Assembly (NCBI RefSeq): GCF_031769215.1
Contig: NW_026781869.1
Span: 248,001 to 312,000 of the forward strand
DNA: 64,000 nucleotides
Reading direction: 5' to 3'
From: Ylistrum balloti
Taxonomy: Eukaryota
Part shown: one piece after another, positions 1-12,239 of the stretch
How positions within the stretch are numbered: the first letter of the stretch is position 1
Layout of the letters: every line of letters begins with the position of its first letter
Program-made: the position numbers and the translations under genes
The notes under the pieces: generated by a model
Databases searched by the model: none
What the model saw: only the letters and a program-made list of their open reading frames with translations
Told to the model about the DNA's origin: nothing

Positions 1-274
1 TAACACAATAGACTGGTGTGGGAAGCATCTTTATTTTCAATTTTCACTTTTCCAGTCATTCTCGACAATCACTCCGAAAAAGGCATCGTACTTGTACATT
101 GATTTAGTAGCATTGTGTCTATAAAAAGGATGAAAGGATACAAAATATCAAAATTATTTTGTCTGATTCAAGGAACTGGTAAAAAATCTCATTTTGTGAT
201 CTAGAATCCAATATTAGTTGCATGCTACGTCACATAGTGTTACTATGAAATATTGGATTTTGTCGGTTTTCCAG

Positions 275-421
275 GAAGGCTACACCGATCCGTAAGTACG
301 AAATAAAACGTGTCTTTGCTTGAGATTTACCTTTCCTACAATAATTGATTACTGGGATATTTTTATCTTTCTCTGTTGTATTCAGACTGGCTGTGATGGA
401 CTGATATCCTACAGAGATTGA
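275..421 (+). CDS. Possible last two exons (17-nt microexon 275-291 and terminal exon from 386) of a gene starting upstream of the window
   Basis: Acceptor ttttgtcggttttccag at 273-274, exon gaaggctacaccgatcc, donor gtaagt at 292, 94-nt intron, strong acceptor ttttatctttctctgttgtattcag ending at 385. Joined frames read EGYTDPLAVMD* (stop ends 404), KATPIHWL*, or RLHRSTGCDGLISYRD* (stop ends 421). AATAAA at 775-780. The frame cannot be determined without upstream exons. Confidence 0.4.
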
Positions 422-1113
422 ATTATCGCCCTTTAGTGACCTTCAATGACTTCCACACAAACAGGACATTATATACTTCAAAAAATTATTGTGAGATCGA
501 TTACAAGATCAAGTAATTAGTCAGAAAGCCTATCGTTCTTTTATCTTTTGGCATGTCTGTATGTTCCTTGTTGTTTTTAAACAAAGGTTTACATAACTGT
601 GTTTTCAGGCAGCTGTTCTCAAGTGTTTCAATCGTCAGACTATCTTGTGGTGTGATAGAAAACATTGGCAGAGATAATGATTGACACAAAGCCATACCAT
701 AGTATAAATCAGGTCACGGAGAGCGTTATCGGCTTCGGTAAAATTTAGCAAGCAAAGACTTCTTTAAAAAAAATAATAAAATCTGAACACAACCGACAGG
801 GCCACAACAAACCGTTTTCACGGATGATAAAGCCATTAATATACTTTATATAGTGTTATCATAATGAATCACATATCCTTGCTTTAGCATGACAGTCCAC
901 TAGGTTACATTATACTGCAAACGGGTCCAGAAGTCCTTGTGTGACTTAAATAACGCTGATCCACAAGACGGCAGCGCAAAGTACTATACAAACAACATTG
1001 GCGTGGGGACCGACCATACAATTACTGTGTCCACTAAGCAATGCATTTAGACTGGATATGATCTTATTTTTTTTTTTTTTGTTATAAGGGCGAAGGTTGA
1101 TTTATCAATATCT

Positions 1114-1790
1114 TAATACTTCGTTATATTGACTACGGTTGGATTAGGTATGACATTAATACTTCGTTATATTGACTACGGTTGGATTAGGTATGATATT
1201 AATACTTCGTTATATTGACTACGGTTGGATTAGGTATGATATTAATATTTCGTTATATTGACTACGGTTGGATTAGGTATGACATTAATACTTCGTTATA
1301 TTGACTACGGTTGGATTAGGTATGACATTAATACTTCGTTATATTGACTACGGTTGGATTAGGTATGGCATTAATATTTCGTTATATTGGCTACGGTTGG
1401 ATTAGGTATGATATTAATATTTCGTTATATTGGCTACGGTTGGATTAGGTATGATATTAATACTTCGTTATATTGGCTACGGTTGGATTAGGTATGACAT
1501 TAATACTTCGTTATATTGGCTACGGTTGGATTAGGTATGATATTAATATTTCGTTATATTGACTACGGTTTAACACATGTGTTTTGTTATAACGGTTACG
1601 GCTGGACTAGGCATGATTTTAACATTCTATCAGATAGGCTACGTTTGGACAGGATTAATTTTTGTATGTATATTGACGCCAGTTGAACTAGGTATCATGT
1701 TTCTGTTTCGTTTTGATGGCTACGTTTGGACTAGATATGATTACGATATTTCATTCTGTTGGCTAGACAAGGTATGATCTTAATATCTTA
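1114..1790. repeat. 43-bp minisatellite, about 10.5 near-perfect copies followed by degenerate copies
   Basis: Unit taatacttcgttatattgactacggttggattaggtatgacat starts at 1114, 1157, 1200 and so on to about 1570. Diverged copies (ggctacgtttggactagatatga etc.) continue to about 1790. Confidence 0.95.
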
Positions 1791-2185
1791 TTGTTTTCTT
1801 CACTGTTGATAACAGAGACAACTACGATGTAAATACTTTGAATGGTGCATAACTAAAACGTTAAGAGAAGTACATGAAAAGTTGGTTCATTGTAGCAGCC
1901 GTTGTTTTGTTTTAGTTTCATATGAAGACATTCGATGCATGACTGATACACTAACATCATAAAACGCCTGAAATAATCCAGGTCGTCTTCCTGAGCAACC
2001 ATGTTATCGATACTTACTTAGAATTATCCAAATACAATAGGTACTGTAAAACGAGATGTTTTCAACTAATCATTGTTATGAAAACACCCTTTTATCTTGT
2101 TTTAACTCTAAGATTTCTGTCTAGTAACTGCTCTGTTTAGAGTTCGTTTTTCCAAACCCACAATAGAAGATTGTCGTGCCGGGCC

Positions 2186-2292
2186 GCTGACCTTGGTGAA
2201 CCGCACCTGTTGGTTCCCAGGCTGTCCAGTATATATACGTCATATACGAGGCACTTAATCAGAGTAGAGCTCGGGCGGACATCTACACAAAA
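2186..2292 (+). promoter_or_regulatory. Core promoter and non-coding exon 1 of the secreted polyprotein gene
   Basis: TATATATA at 2230-2237, an initiator-like atcaga about 28 nt downstream, and donor gtatgt at 2293. A TGACCTTG nuclear-receptor-type half-site lies just upstream (about 2188). The next acceptor (ataaatcag, ending 3047) precedes the ATG at 3057. Confidence 0.6.
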
Positions 2293-3056
2293 GTATGTAT
2301 TTGTTCAAATAACCAATTTATTTTCTACCAGGTTATTCAGGGAGATTTAGCCAAATCATTTATCTCTCTTAATCAGTTTCTAGTTAGTTTGTTACATAAC
2401 TTTACTGTAAGACTTTGTTAGAACATTCACATTAAATGAATTTTTAATCAAATTAGGATTTTGCATATGAAATAATTGCACGGGTGAACTTTTAAAAAAC
2501 AAAAATTCGGGTTGGTACATGATGTATTACAAACATCTTTTTCAGAATATCGTTCATTTCATTTTCGACAAAATGAAACTAGTTCCGAAATATTTTTATT
2601 AATAGTATTATATTGATACCTATATTTAAAGCCGTAAATATCCTCTAGGTTGTTAAGGACCTAAAATGTTATTATTTAAAACACAAAATAATTGAATATA
2701 TCGCCAAAGTGTTAGTAGCATCAACGGTAATTTGACGATTAGCGCTGTTACAAGGAAGATAACTCTAACTACACTACAATATGTTTCATGCATCTCCCAT
2801 GGACAGACACACTCTTAACCATTTCCATATTACTTAAAAATGACATTAAACTGTCTGTAGCCACAACTGTTGTCATACCATGAGAGTAAATATCGTTGTC
2901 CGTGTTCATCTTCCGTAACTGTATATGGGTAGTCCGGTCTTCTTTGTGTTTGTTTCCAAATTAATGTTTTATTTTGATCACACTGAGATCCTCCCTTGAC
3001 TTTCTTCAGAGTTCTTATATTGTACTGCGCTATCTCTCATAAATCAGATTTAGACC

Positions 3057-6000
3057 ATGAAGCTGTTCCTTCTTGCTTGCCTGTTGGCTGGGGCCAGCGC
3101 CGGATTCCTTGACTCGCTATCAGGAGCCTTAACCAGTGTGAAGGACGGACTTACGTCTGCAGCTTCCTCTACCCTGAGCACCCTCACTAGTGGAGACGTT
3201 GGTCAGATCATGTCCCACGTGGTTGTCCCAGGTAATGATGATCTTATATATATATATATATATATATATTTATAGCCATTAGGCCAGACCAACAACTTAC
3301 CATATACCGATACATTATGTTAAACTCACTCTATGTAGAAATCCGAACCAAGATAATAGAAAACGTAGTCAAAGCTTTATATTATAACTTTATGTATTAT
3401 TTGATATCCTAGGTTCCATAAGGCTTAGTGAAAGATTAAGCCACAATATAGAGATACATTTACATACTAAAGACTTTGATATAACAATCCACTAGTAGTG
3501 CAGTATCAAATCTTAACCTCGAAAACCATTGAAAATATTTACATTAAATTCAATATCTTTATTACACGCATTGATCTCGAAGTGTTAAATCATTTTGTTG
3601 TCAAATATATCTGCCCTCGATAGATTCCTTTAGTAGCATGATTGGTACTTTCTAATTACACACATCCTCAGTTGCCGAGCATGCCGCGCTCGCCGCCTTA
3701 TTGGGAAAACGTGAACACCCGTGAGTTACAATCTTGTTACTAACCTTTAACAGTTATTGAAATGCTTACGTCAGTTTTTCACTCCAGGAATAAGACAACA
3801 AAACTTTTACGACTTGGTGTTACTTAAAGTAAATCCATAACGACTCAAATGCAATAAGTGTGACGTAAATTCAGAATTGTTAGGCATGTTTTAAACGGTG
3901 TTAGTATTTAACATTGACTTATCTAAATCTATACTGTCACTTGTTTCTCATTTGTGAATATTTTGTGCTGTCTTTTCATTACAAAACCAGACAGGAACCC
4001 TCGGTCCAAGAAGTGATCAGCCACGGCGCTCAAGCCGTACAGCACGTACTCGACAAGTACGCCACCGAGCTGCAACATTTCCACGAGCAAATCGCTAGCC
4101 TTAATTACCTGAAAGGAGACCTCAACCAGTTCTTCGCTGACATGCAACATTCAAAGTGTATGTGTTATAAACAGGATTTAAGGAAAGCATACGTATTATC
4201 AGCGGTATTGAAAGCTAGTTCCCTACAAAATAAAAACATTCGCGGTATTTCAGAAATAGATGATGTCAATGATTTTTTACAGAATTGCGAGTGTTGTCTT
4301 AGTTTCGTTATCTTGTCTATAAATATTTGCTATTCATACAGTTGAAACGATGTTACTAAACTTCCTGTGTAATTTAATCATATATGAGACAAATGCGACG
4401 TTGGTGAAGTCAATGCGTTTGTTTATTACAGTGGTACACAATACTGCCTTGGACAACATCGTGACTAGTGTCCAGCAAGCTTTGTCCACCCACAAGAGAC
4501 AGACTGCAGACTCTGGACTCCTCTCAGGACTGTCTGGACTCTTTGGCTCAACTGTGGACAAGTTGAAGGAGGTGAGCTGAAGTCTTCAAAATGGAATTCT
4601 ATGATGACGTTTACCATTTCTTTTACCGGGATGGGACATCTTAGGATTCCTGTCTGTGTGACTATCTGTGTGTTTGTCTGTCTGTCCATCAGTCACAATA
4701 ATCCAACTTTTTTGTAATGCCGTCATGAACAGAGCAGATTTTTGGACATATGTTATAACAAGACACAGATCTGTTTTAAGTTTCAGTTCTTCATTGTATT
4801 GTTTTTTTGTACTTTTTTTACTTTCGTTTAGTTTAGACTTTGGTTTTGCCAAATTTTTCCCATTTTGTTTTGTTTGTTTATTCTTTCACATGTCTAAAGA
4901 CTATTCACTAAAATGTTATATATGTTTGGCTTATTACGGACATTCTTTGTGACACTAATGTCTTACTTGTTGCATATTGTTCCTGTCCGTATCACTCTCT
5001 TCAATGAATCAACTTTATTTCTTGTGGTATTTCGACCTTTGACCGCGGATGGGGTCTAGTTCGGGAATCAGAGATAAACTTACGGTGATTTTAACAGAAC
5101 ATCATTCATTTCGGTAATGCAAACCTAGTGAATGTATTTCATAGCTCATTTTGTTCCAACTGACTGAAACATTCACAAGATAAATCAATATTTTAAAAAT
5201 GTCTCAATGGAGATTTCGTTTCAAAGTCATCATTAGTATTATTTATAGTGAGATGTAAAGTAATGGCGCTAACATGCAGAAGAGCGAGTGCATTCAGCTA
5301 CTGCAGGCAAAGGGAGGCTTACAGGGCTCTGGTTCTTTGAACATAAAAAAAACAAGTCCTTTTCCATGTATTTGTGTGCGTGAAGGCTATCGACAATGAA
5401 CTAAACGCGACTTTGTGATGATGAATTTTCTATCAGGCTTTTTTTTTTTTTTTTTAATTGATTTTTTGTTATAGATTTGTGTGTTGCTGTTATATATATA
5501 TATTGTAAATTATTGCAGATTAAATTTAATCCTTACGTGATATCACTGCTCTGTCAAGTACCGATATAGGACTTTTCGGTGCTGTATTGAAACCTGTTAC
5601 AGAAAAATTCAAGTATATACATTTTTTCATCTTCAAGAAGTATACTAGCTTGCTGTGTGGAGGGGTGGGGTCGTAGTAATATATTTGTTTGATAGAAAAG
5701 TTGTCCTGTGTTGAATCAGAAAGACTTTTGTTTCGTTTTCAGTAAAGGAAACTGCGAAAAAGATCTCTGATATTCATGAATATGTGTCTATTAAGTCTAT
5801 TAAAAAGCCAAAACAGTTCACCAAACTATATATGTCATCGACATATATAAATTATTAATTTGTCGTTTACAATACATCAATACAAAAATAAAACATGCTT
5901 GCATGATCTAACTTGAACTTGAAACATTTCTCTTTATGGATTTTAACAAAAGGTTGTATGTCGGTATGACATCAATATTACCTGGTCCACACGGTTTCGG

Positions 6001-7462
6001 CACATCGTGTCACTATTGTTGGCAATATCTGAAATTCTCATGACGTTATTCTCACATAAAATTGACGTCAATGAATACTTCCTAAAAGCAACCCCAAAAT
6101 TATCTTTGATTAAGTGTATTAATCAGTATCTGGTCGCTTTCTCAAAGTCGTTTTATTTACAGTTCTGCCACATGCATATTGAAGTGACTATTTGTGGATC
6201 AATGATTACTCATGTCTGAACGATGTCTAGCAAAATCACGATATCAATTACTTTAACAATGTTTTTTCAGACGTATAACGGTATCCACGACACACTCTCA
6301 CAAGGATCAACAGGTATACTTGGAGCTTTGACCGGCCACATTTCTCATCTGACCGATTCCCTCAGCCATATAAAGGACACTGGCGCAGCCCTTCTGGCCA
6401 CTGGTCAGGAAACACTTGCAAATTTACAGAACTCTGCCAGCACACTCTTTAGTAAGTTACTAAGAAGGCGTCTCTGGTTTATCAAATGCCAATAACAATG
6501 AATATGCATTATTCAATAGGAATGAGATTTGATTAAGGTTTTATACATCAGACAGACAGCATGCAATAGTATCAATTCATTTTCTATCCGTATCAGGAAG
6601 TGGTTTCAAAACAAGACAACTGTTTCTGTTGTTAAACGTGCATCATTCAATATACTGAGATCTGGTATCAGTTTTGCTAGTAAGATGTTTACATGTCACT
6701 GTTGATTCAATATTCAAGGCCTTGTTCCTAATATCACTATTTCCTTGCATGATGTCGATAAATGACATACCAACTCGCTACACTGAATTTTGAAAGATGC
6801 ATGATGAAAACTATTATAGAAATGTCGTCATGTTGCTGCCATTATCGTTTGCGATATAAACGTGGACGTATTTGATGCTCGTTGATATTCCTAACGTATC
6901 TGTTGTTATTTGCATTGTTCATTTGATCACGTGACATTAACTACTTTGGTTGACCAAGATTTAGATGGCTTGTGAAGTCGATAAAGCAGAAGACTATTGC
7001 CAATCTGGAGCACCTATGATCTATACTCTCCTTGTTTATGGTCTCCGTGTGAATTATTCTTTCTTTCATATTTTGCTCTAGTTTTATCGAATTTGTGTAT
7101 GAGATAATTTTCTAAATTTTCGGTATTTTTTTTTTTTTTTTTGATGATGATTTTGACTGCCAACTTTACATATGTTCACTGTATGCATCGGTCAGCCAGC
7201 TCTCTACTTTATTATTATCATTTTAATGCCGTAGTACCTATCCGGGTAATGTAATTTGAGTATACTTACTGTAAAAATATCCTTATTGACCTTGGAGTGT
7301 CTGGTCACTGTTTATTTAATCTTTGTTGCAGTTATGTTATCTTACCGAACCTTAATGGTATATATTGTATGTTTACTTGCAGACCAGGCTCAGGCCGGCG
7401 TACAGGGCCAGGCATCCCAGGCCCTGGATACTCTGCTACATCCCGACCTCGGCAGCTCATAG
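3057..7462 (+). CDS. Secreted His-rich amphipathic-helical polypeptide precursor (263 aa) with G-KR and KR cleavage sites; function unknown
   Basis: Coding exons 3057-3231, 3672-3720, 3991-4157, 4432-4571, 6271-6451 and 7383-7462. All introns are GT-AG with compatible phases (1,2,1,0,1) and the total is 792 nt = 263 aa + stop. Protein: MKLFLLACLLAGASA (signal) / GFLDSLSGALTSVKDGLTSAASSTLSTLTSGDVGQIMSHVVVPVAEHAALAALL-G-KR / EHPQEPSVQEVISHGAQAVQHVLDKYATELQHFHEQIASLNYLKGDLNQFFADMQHSKLVHNTALDNIVTSVQQALSTH-KR / QTADSGLLSGLSGLFGSTVDKLKETYNGIHDTLSQGSTGILGALTGHISHLTDSLSHIKDTGAALLATGQETLANLQNSASTLFNQAQAGVQGQASQALDTLLHPDLGSS*. AATAAA at 7493-7498. The exons are GC-richer than the flanks. Confidence 0.88.
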
Positions 7463-8478
7463 ATTGTGACATATCTATGTATATATTTATCTAATAAAAT
7501 CATCGATGTCACCACACGGGCTTCATATTTCAATTGATTTTAATCATATTTTACGGACAGAATGTTCAGGTAGTTACACCATCTTACGTTCTTGTCATAT
7601 ATATTCCACAGTGTACCTATCAATATATCTAAAAAGGTATGACATTCTAGTATCCAAATACACATAACTAATAAAAAAAAGACTGTAAAAAATCAACCAA
7701 AACAGTCTCTACAAACAAATAAATACATAAAATAGTTCTATGTTTAAGGAGAACAAACGATGTTTTGAATGCGGATTTTTGTCAATTCTTCCGGGTCAGG
7801 AGTTCAGATACGATGGAAGGAATGGAAAACTGCTACACTATGAATGCCGAATATTACGAAGCGTTTAACAGTGTTAAAAAAATCTACATAAAAAAGCGTC
7901 TGAAGAGAACAGACTGAATATTTACACTGCTGCATTATCCGGAGAAAGTAACGATGTACACGTGATTGTTTTATTTTGTTTTATTGTGCACGTTGTTCAA
8001 CTATCCCCCATGTCCAACAAACCGCTTTGTCTTCTTTCGTGTTTCCTTTGTCGGAGAAAATGTCTTAAAGAAAAGAGTCAAGAAGTGTGTTTCAGTACAT
8101 GTATCTTGCGTCTCGCCGTTATACCAACACGAAACTTCTGCGGAGAGAGTACTTGTGTACAACGCAATGATGAAAATGCGTTTCTGCGAAGGAGGCTACT
8201 TTGCGGAGAGACAGTATCGGAGAGAAGAAGCCTGCCTTGATTAAATCTGAGACATCCCTTGTGCTACGCTGTGATCAAAGCCGTTGCAGAGACTCGGTTA
8301 CACTCAAACAACGAATTGAAATTTCACAACCGAGACTCAACAAGAGTAACCCACTCAACACTTGTATACATGAACGTCGGTAAAAGCGGACGATAAACCC
8401 TTTCCAACAAACGAAATAATCCAGCATTATAAATCATATATATAATTCATGACACGAACAGCTCTGGTAGCTGGGACA

Positions 8479-8660
8479 AAAACATCAAGAAAATACCAAC
8501 ATGACAACATTATTATAATTCAAACTCAAATTCCATAAACCTTGGTCAAAATATGAACAAAGAAATATTTACACGGAGACTCCTGGAAAGTACAGGAGAA
8601 ATAAGACCAGGTGTTCCGGAAAAGAAAGCATCTTTTGCTACATCGACGACACCCGCAATA
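8479..8660 (-). mobile_element. Dispersed Penelope-like element 3' tail, copy A
   Basis: The reverse complement reads gcgggtgtcgtcgatgtagcaaaagatgctttcttttccggaacacctggtcttatt...ttgtcatgttggtattttcttg. It matches copies at about 11620, 25805, 43205, 44431 and 52600. The tail segment aagaaaataccaacatg is repeated again at about 8825. Confidence 0.6.
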
Positions 8661-11617
8661 CAAATCTTGGTCAGTCCAAGTAAGTAAAGTCACACTCTCA
8701 AATGAGAACAAGGCATACAATAATGGAAGCAATAGGCAAACTAACGAGCATCAAATACGTCTAGATGGAAGATAGGGCACAATTTTGTATGATAACATAT
8801 CGCTGATAATAATAATAATAATGAAAAACAACAAGAAAATACCAACATGCCAACATATTAAAAAAAACTAGGACAAATGAACGTATCCTAGAAAAAAAGT
8901 TCCTATAAAAATTAAACTACAGGTAATTGATATTGAGATATCTTTTTCTATAGAAGCCATACCAGGAATGTTTGTATTATACCACATCAAGTGAAATGTG
9001 ACAGAAGTCACACAAGGAAATAACATCTTTTAGATAGAAATCTGGACAGAATTTACAATTCAAATACAAGAGTCGTCGGCTGTGAAATGCACAGAATTGC
9101 AAAAAAAGAGTTATAAATGTTCTATTGTGGATTATGGAAGTTGACCCATAATTCGATCGTTTTATAGAATAAAGATCACGCATGATTTCCAGGGAATGTT
9201 AAATGCGTTGTACACGTATATGTATATTTTTTGAAGCGCTGTCGCAATTCATGGAAAATATGTGTAGGAAACCTCGCGGAATTTAAGCACTACCGCAAAA
9301 ACCAAAGCACCTATCGATTTCAAACAATTTAAACTTTAAAATTTCCAATCGTCTTAAAGTCAAATTTTAGAAACAAATTTTATGTACTTAAGTGGAAGCT
9401 TAGATCCTGCGCTTCAGAATTTAAACATGAAGGACGAGTCCCAGAAGAAGAAACAGCTGTATGTTACAGTGTTTATTCATTGTATAGTTCTCATGTATCT
9501 CACTCTAAAGTTGTTTTCAAGTGTTAATCACTTCTGTGTATTTCGTGCAATCATTCCTAGAAGGTTACCATGGATGGTAGGGTTACTCGAAACCACTTTT
9601 AATTTGCCTGATTTTCAATCTGATACTATATTGAAGAGTACGATTACATCAGGAAAGTAATATGAATAAACAGTAATAACCGCCCAATACTTTTTGAGAA
9701 TTAAGTTTATTTGTTATCATGCTAGGTATTTGTAGAAATAGATCATTCTATTTCAGTTTCTTTGATCTCTTAGGGATCATGGATAACGATATCGGTGAAC
9801 TGAAATGGATTGCCCACTATAATTTGTCGGGAATGTGATAGCGAGGTTAGTATTCAAACATATATATGCATATATATAAAAGTTGTGTACCTGTTGTTTC
9901 TAGTGTACAATCGTGGCTGGCGCATCGATTTTCTTCTTAGCAACTTGTATTTTTTCATTGCTTCCCTTGACGTGCTCCATTTTTTGGCAATTTTTGAGCG
10001 TTTTCCGATGTCAGAAAGTTTATGGACTTTGTCTGCATGTCTCGAAACATCGGTCTTATATATGATTCTGCTGGGTGTGGCTTTTGGGCAAATCGTGTGA
10101 TAAGAAACAAACAAAAAGCATAATGAAAATACCAATGTATCAACATAATCATTATCTAAACTCAAATACGACGGCAAGCTATGAACAAACAAAAGATTTC
10201 CACAGGGAAATAAAAGTTTGAATCTACAATAATGGTTCGTAATTCTTCAAAGCTGTTATTTTAAATCAACAATTTGACAATGATTTGTCAGGTGTTGATA
10301 ATGGAGTTAATATATGTATTGGTATTTCAAAATATACGTAATTTGAAGACGGAAGTCATACTATTTTAGTATTGATAAGCCTTGCTCTTAAACATTGTAT
10401 TGTCCCTTTCCTGGCTGGCATTCCAAATGTTGGATAAGTCTAACGAAACAAAACATGTATTTACCAAACTTTACATTGTTTATACTGAGACAAAGACAGG
10501 TATAATTGAGATTAATGTCACAATAATGCATTATGATAGGTCAATAACGCTCGAAATCTGTTAACATTGTCTTGAATAACGTATCACATATCCTTATTTT
10601 TTTTCAAAACAGATGACACGATTTCTTGGAGTAGATATTAAAACGGGTGTCACTCTTAAAACGTTTGCTTGAGGACAATGTGATTATTTTTATTCTAAAT
10701 TTTGCATACAGAAAAAATAGTACATTACGCATTCCATTCAACTACATACAGTTTTATGTGGATAGGTGGTACCATATATGATAGTTCAGGACAGTAACTG
10801 TCATCTCAGAGGGATCTTGGTGTCTGTTGTCCTGTGATTTTCAATTGTTCACAATTGAGGTCGGTCTTAAGTTTTGTACACACATAGAGAAAAAAAAAGA
10901 TGCATGAAAAATAGTGTCTAGTATTTTTTTTAAATAATCATAGTACAAGGACATGCTTGTATGTGTTATTTTATTTAGAAACGCCAAGACTAGTTGGAAA
11001 ATAGTCATAACGACTTTTAGCCAACGGACATGTTGCTTTTCTATGGTCGTTCGACAATGCCAACTCGGAGCAGCATATGTTTCGAATCTCCAAACCAACA
11101 ATTTTGCGATTAAGTCGATGTGACGTTAGGTAGGACGCTCATCCTCATATTGAAATGAAAGGCATAAGCCGAGTGTCCAGCACATGTATGTTGTGTAGCC
11201 ACCAAGGAACTCCACGTCGTCGTTGTCGTCATTGATATCAACAGCAGATACGGTTAAACGCATTAATGGCATACCTATGACGCTGTGTATCGCAAGACGA
11301 ATGCCACTTGACAGTCGTGAGTAAATGCGTGTTTACGTCATATCATAATTTCCAGCATTTAATGTCAGTATTTTATACACAGATGAAACAACTTTCCTGT
11401 CGTGTTTTGAAACTTTAATACCTTATACGATACTTTAAAATGATAACAACACAACGACTGATCATTCCTATATATTTATCTGTGTTGCTGGAAAGTCTCC
11501 ATCGTCCTCGACATATTTAAAATCATGTATATATTTTGTCAAATTGTACATTTGAAGGCTACAAACCATATGCGTCACCAATCCATCTTTTGTTCTTAAC
11601 ACTACATTTTAACAAGG

Positions 11618-11940
11618 TTTACATGACGGCTGTCGTTGATGAAATCGATGAAACAATAGACGCCTACTTTTCCAGAACATCTGGTCTTATTCCCCTTGTA
11701 CTTGTTTAAGAGGTTATGTGCAGATCTTTCTTTTGTTCATCTATTGACCTAGTTTTATTGTATATGAGTTTGAATTATCACTATATTGTCATGTTGGTAT
11801 TTTCTTGGTTTTTCGTTTTGTTTTATTTTGTTTTTTTGTTTTTTTTTTTTTTTTTTTTGTTTTTTTGTGGTTTTTTTTTTTTTGTGTGTTTTTTATTTAT
11901 TTTTTTTATATATTTTTGTGTGTGTGATTTTTTTGTAATC
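11618..11940 (+). mobile_element. Dispersed Penelope-like element 3' tail, copy B, with T-rich tail
   Basis: tttacatgacggctgtcg...gacgcctacttttccagaacatctggtcttattccccttgtac...ttgtcatgttggtattttcttgg, followed by about 130 nt of T-rich sequence. Confidence 0.6.
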
Positions 11941-12239
11941 TAAGAATTGAAACAGTTGAATAATTCTTACTTCATAGTGTTGAAATATGTCTAGTTATTG
12001 TTTGTCTTTCACTGTTTGGTTACTTCATATTACCCATCCATAAATAACTGCTGTTAATATTACTTTCTTTTAGATACATTTCGTTATTGACATGAACAGT
12101 CTTATATAATCATTCTAATCCAATGCGTGTAACAGAGTGTGAAATATGTCTAGTTTCTATTTGTATGCTTTCCCAACAGTATTGGAATACTTTTGTGTGA
12201 TGATAGGCTTATTACTAGATAGACCTCCGATTCCATAGT

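Noticed and set aside
1114-1570. 43-bp array as a CRISPR array
   Set aside because: The units are contiguous with no unique spacers, there are no cas genes, and the context is eukaryotic. The same applies to the 34-bp array at 56977.
3914-4345. 143-aa ORF as a stand-alone gene
   Set aside because: Only 3991-4157 is exon 4 of gene 1 and the rest is intron read-through. The antisense ORFs 3929-4150 and 4334-4561 are shadows of exons.
8201-8383. IEISQPRLNK as a GIY-YIG endonuclease C-terminus
   Set aside because: Only a short E-I-x-x-P-x-LN echo, with no GIY/YIG motifs nearby.
9854-10192. Minus-strand ORF containing IGKR as another peptide precursor
   Set aside because: No signal peptide, no convincing splice sites, and no compositional similarity to genes 1 and 2.
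11716-11943. Phe-rich 75-aa ORF
   Set aside because: It is a translation of the T-rich tail of a repeat.
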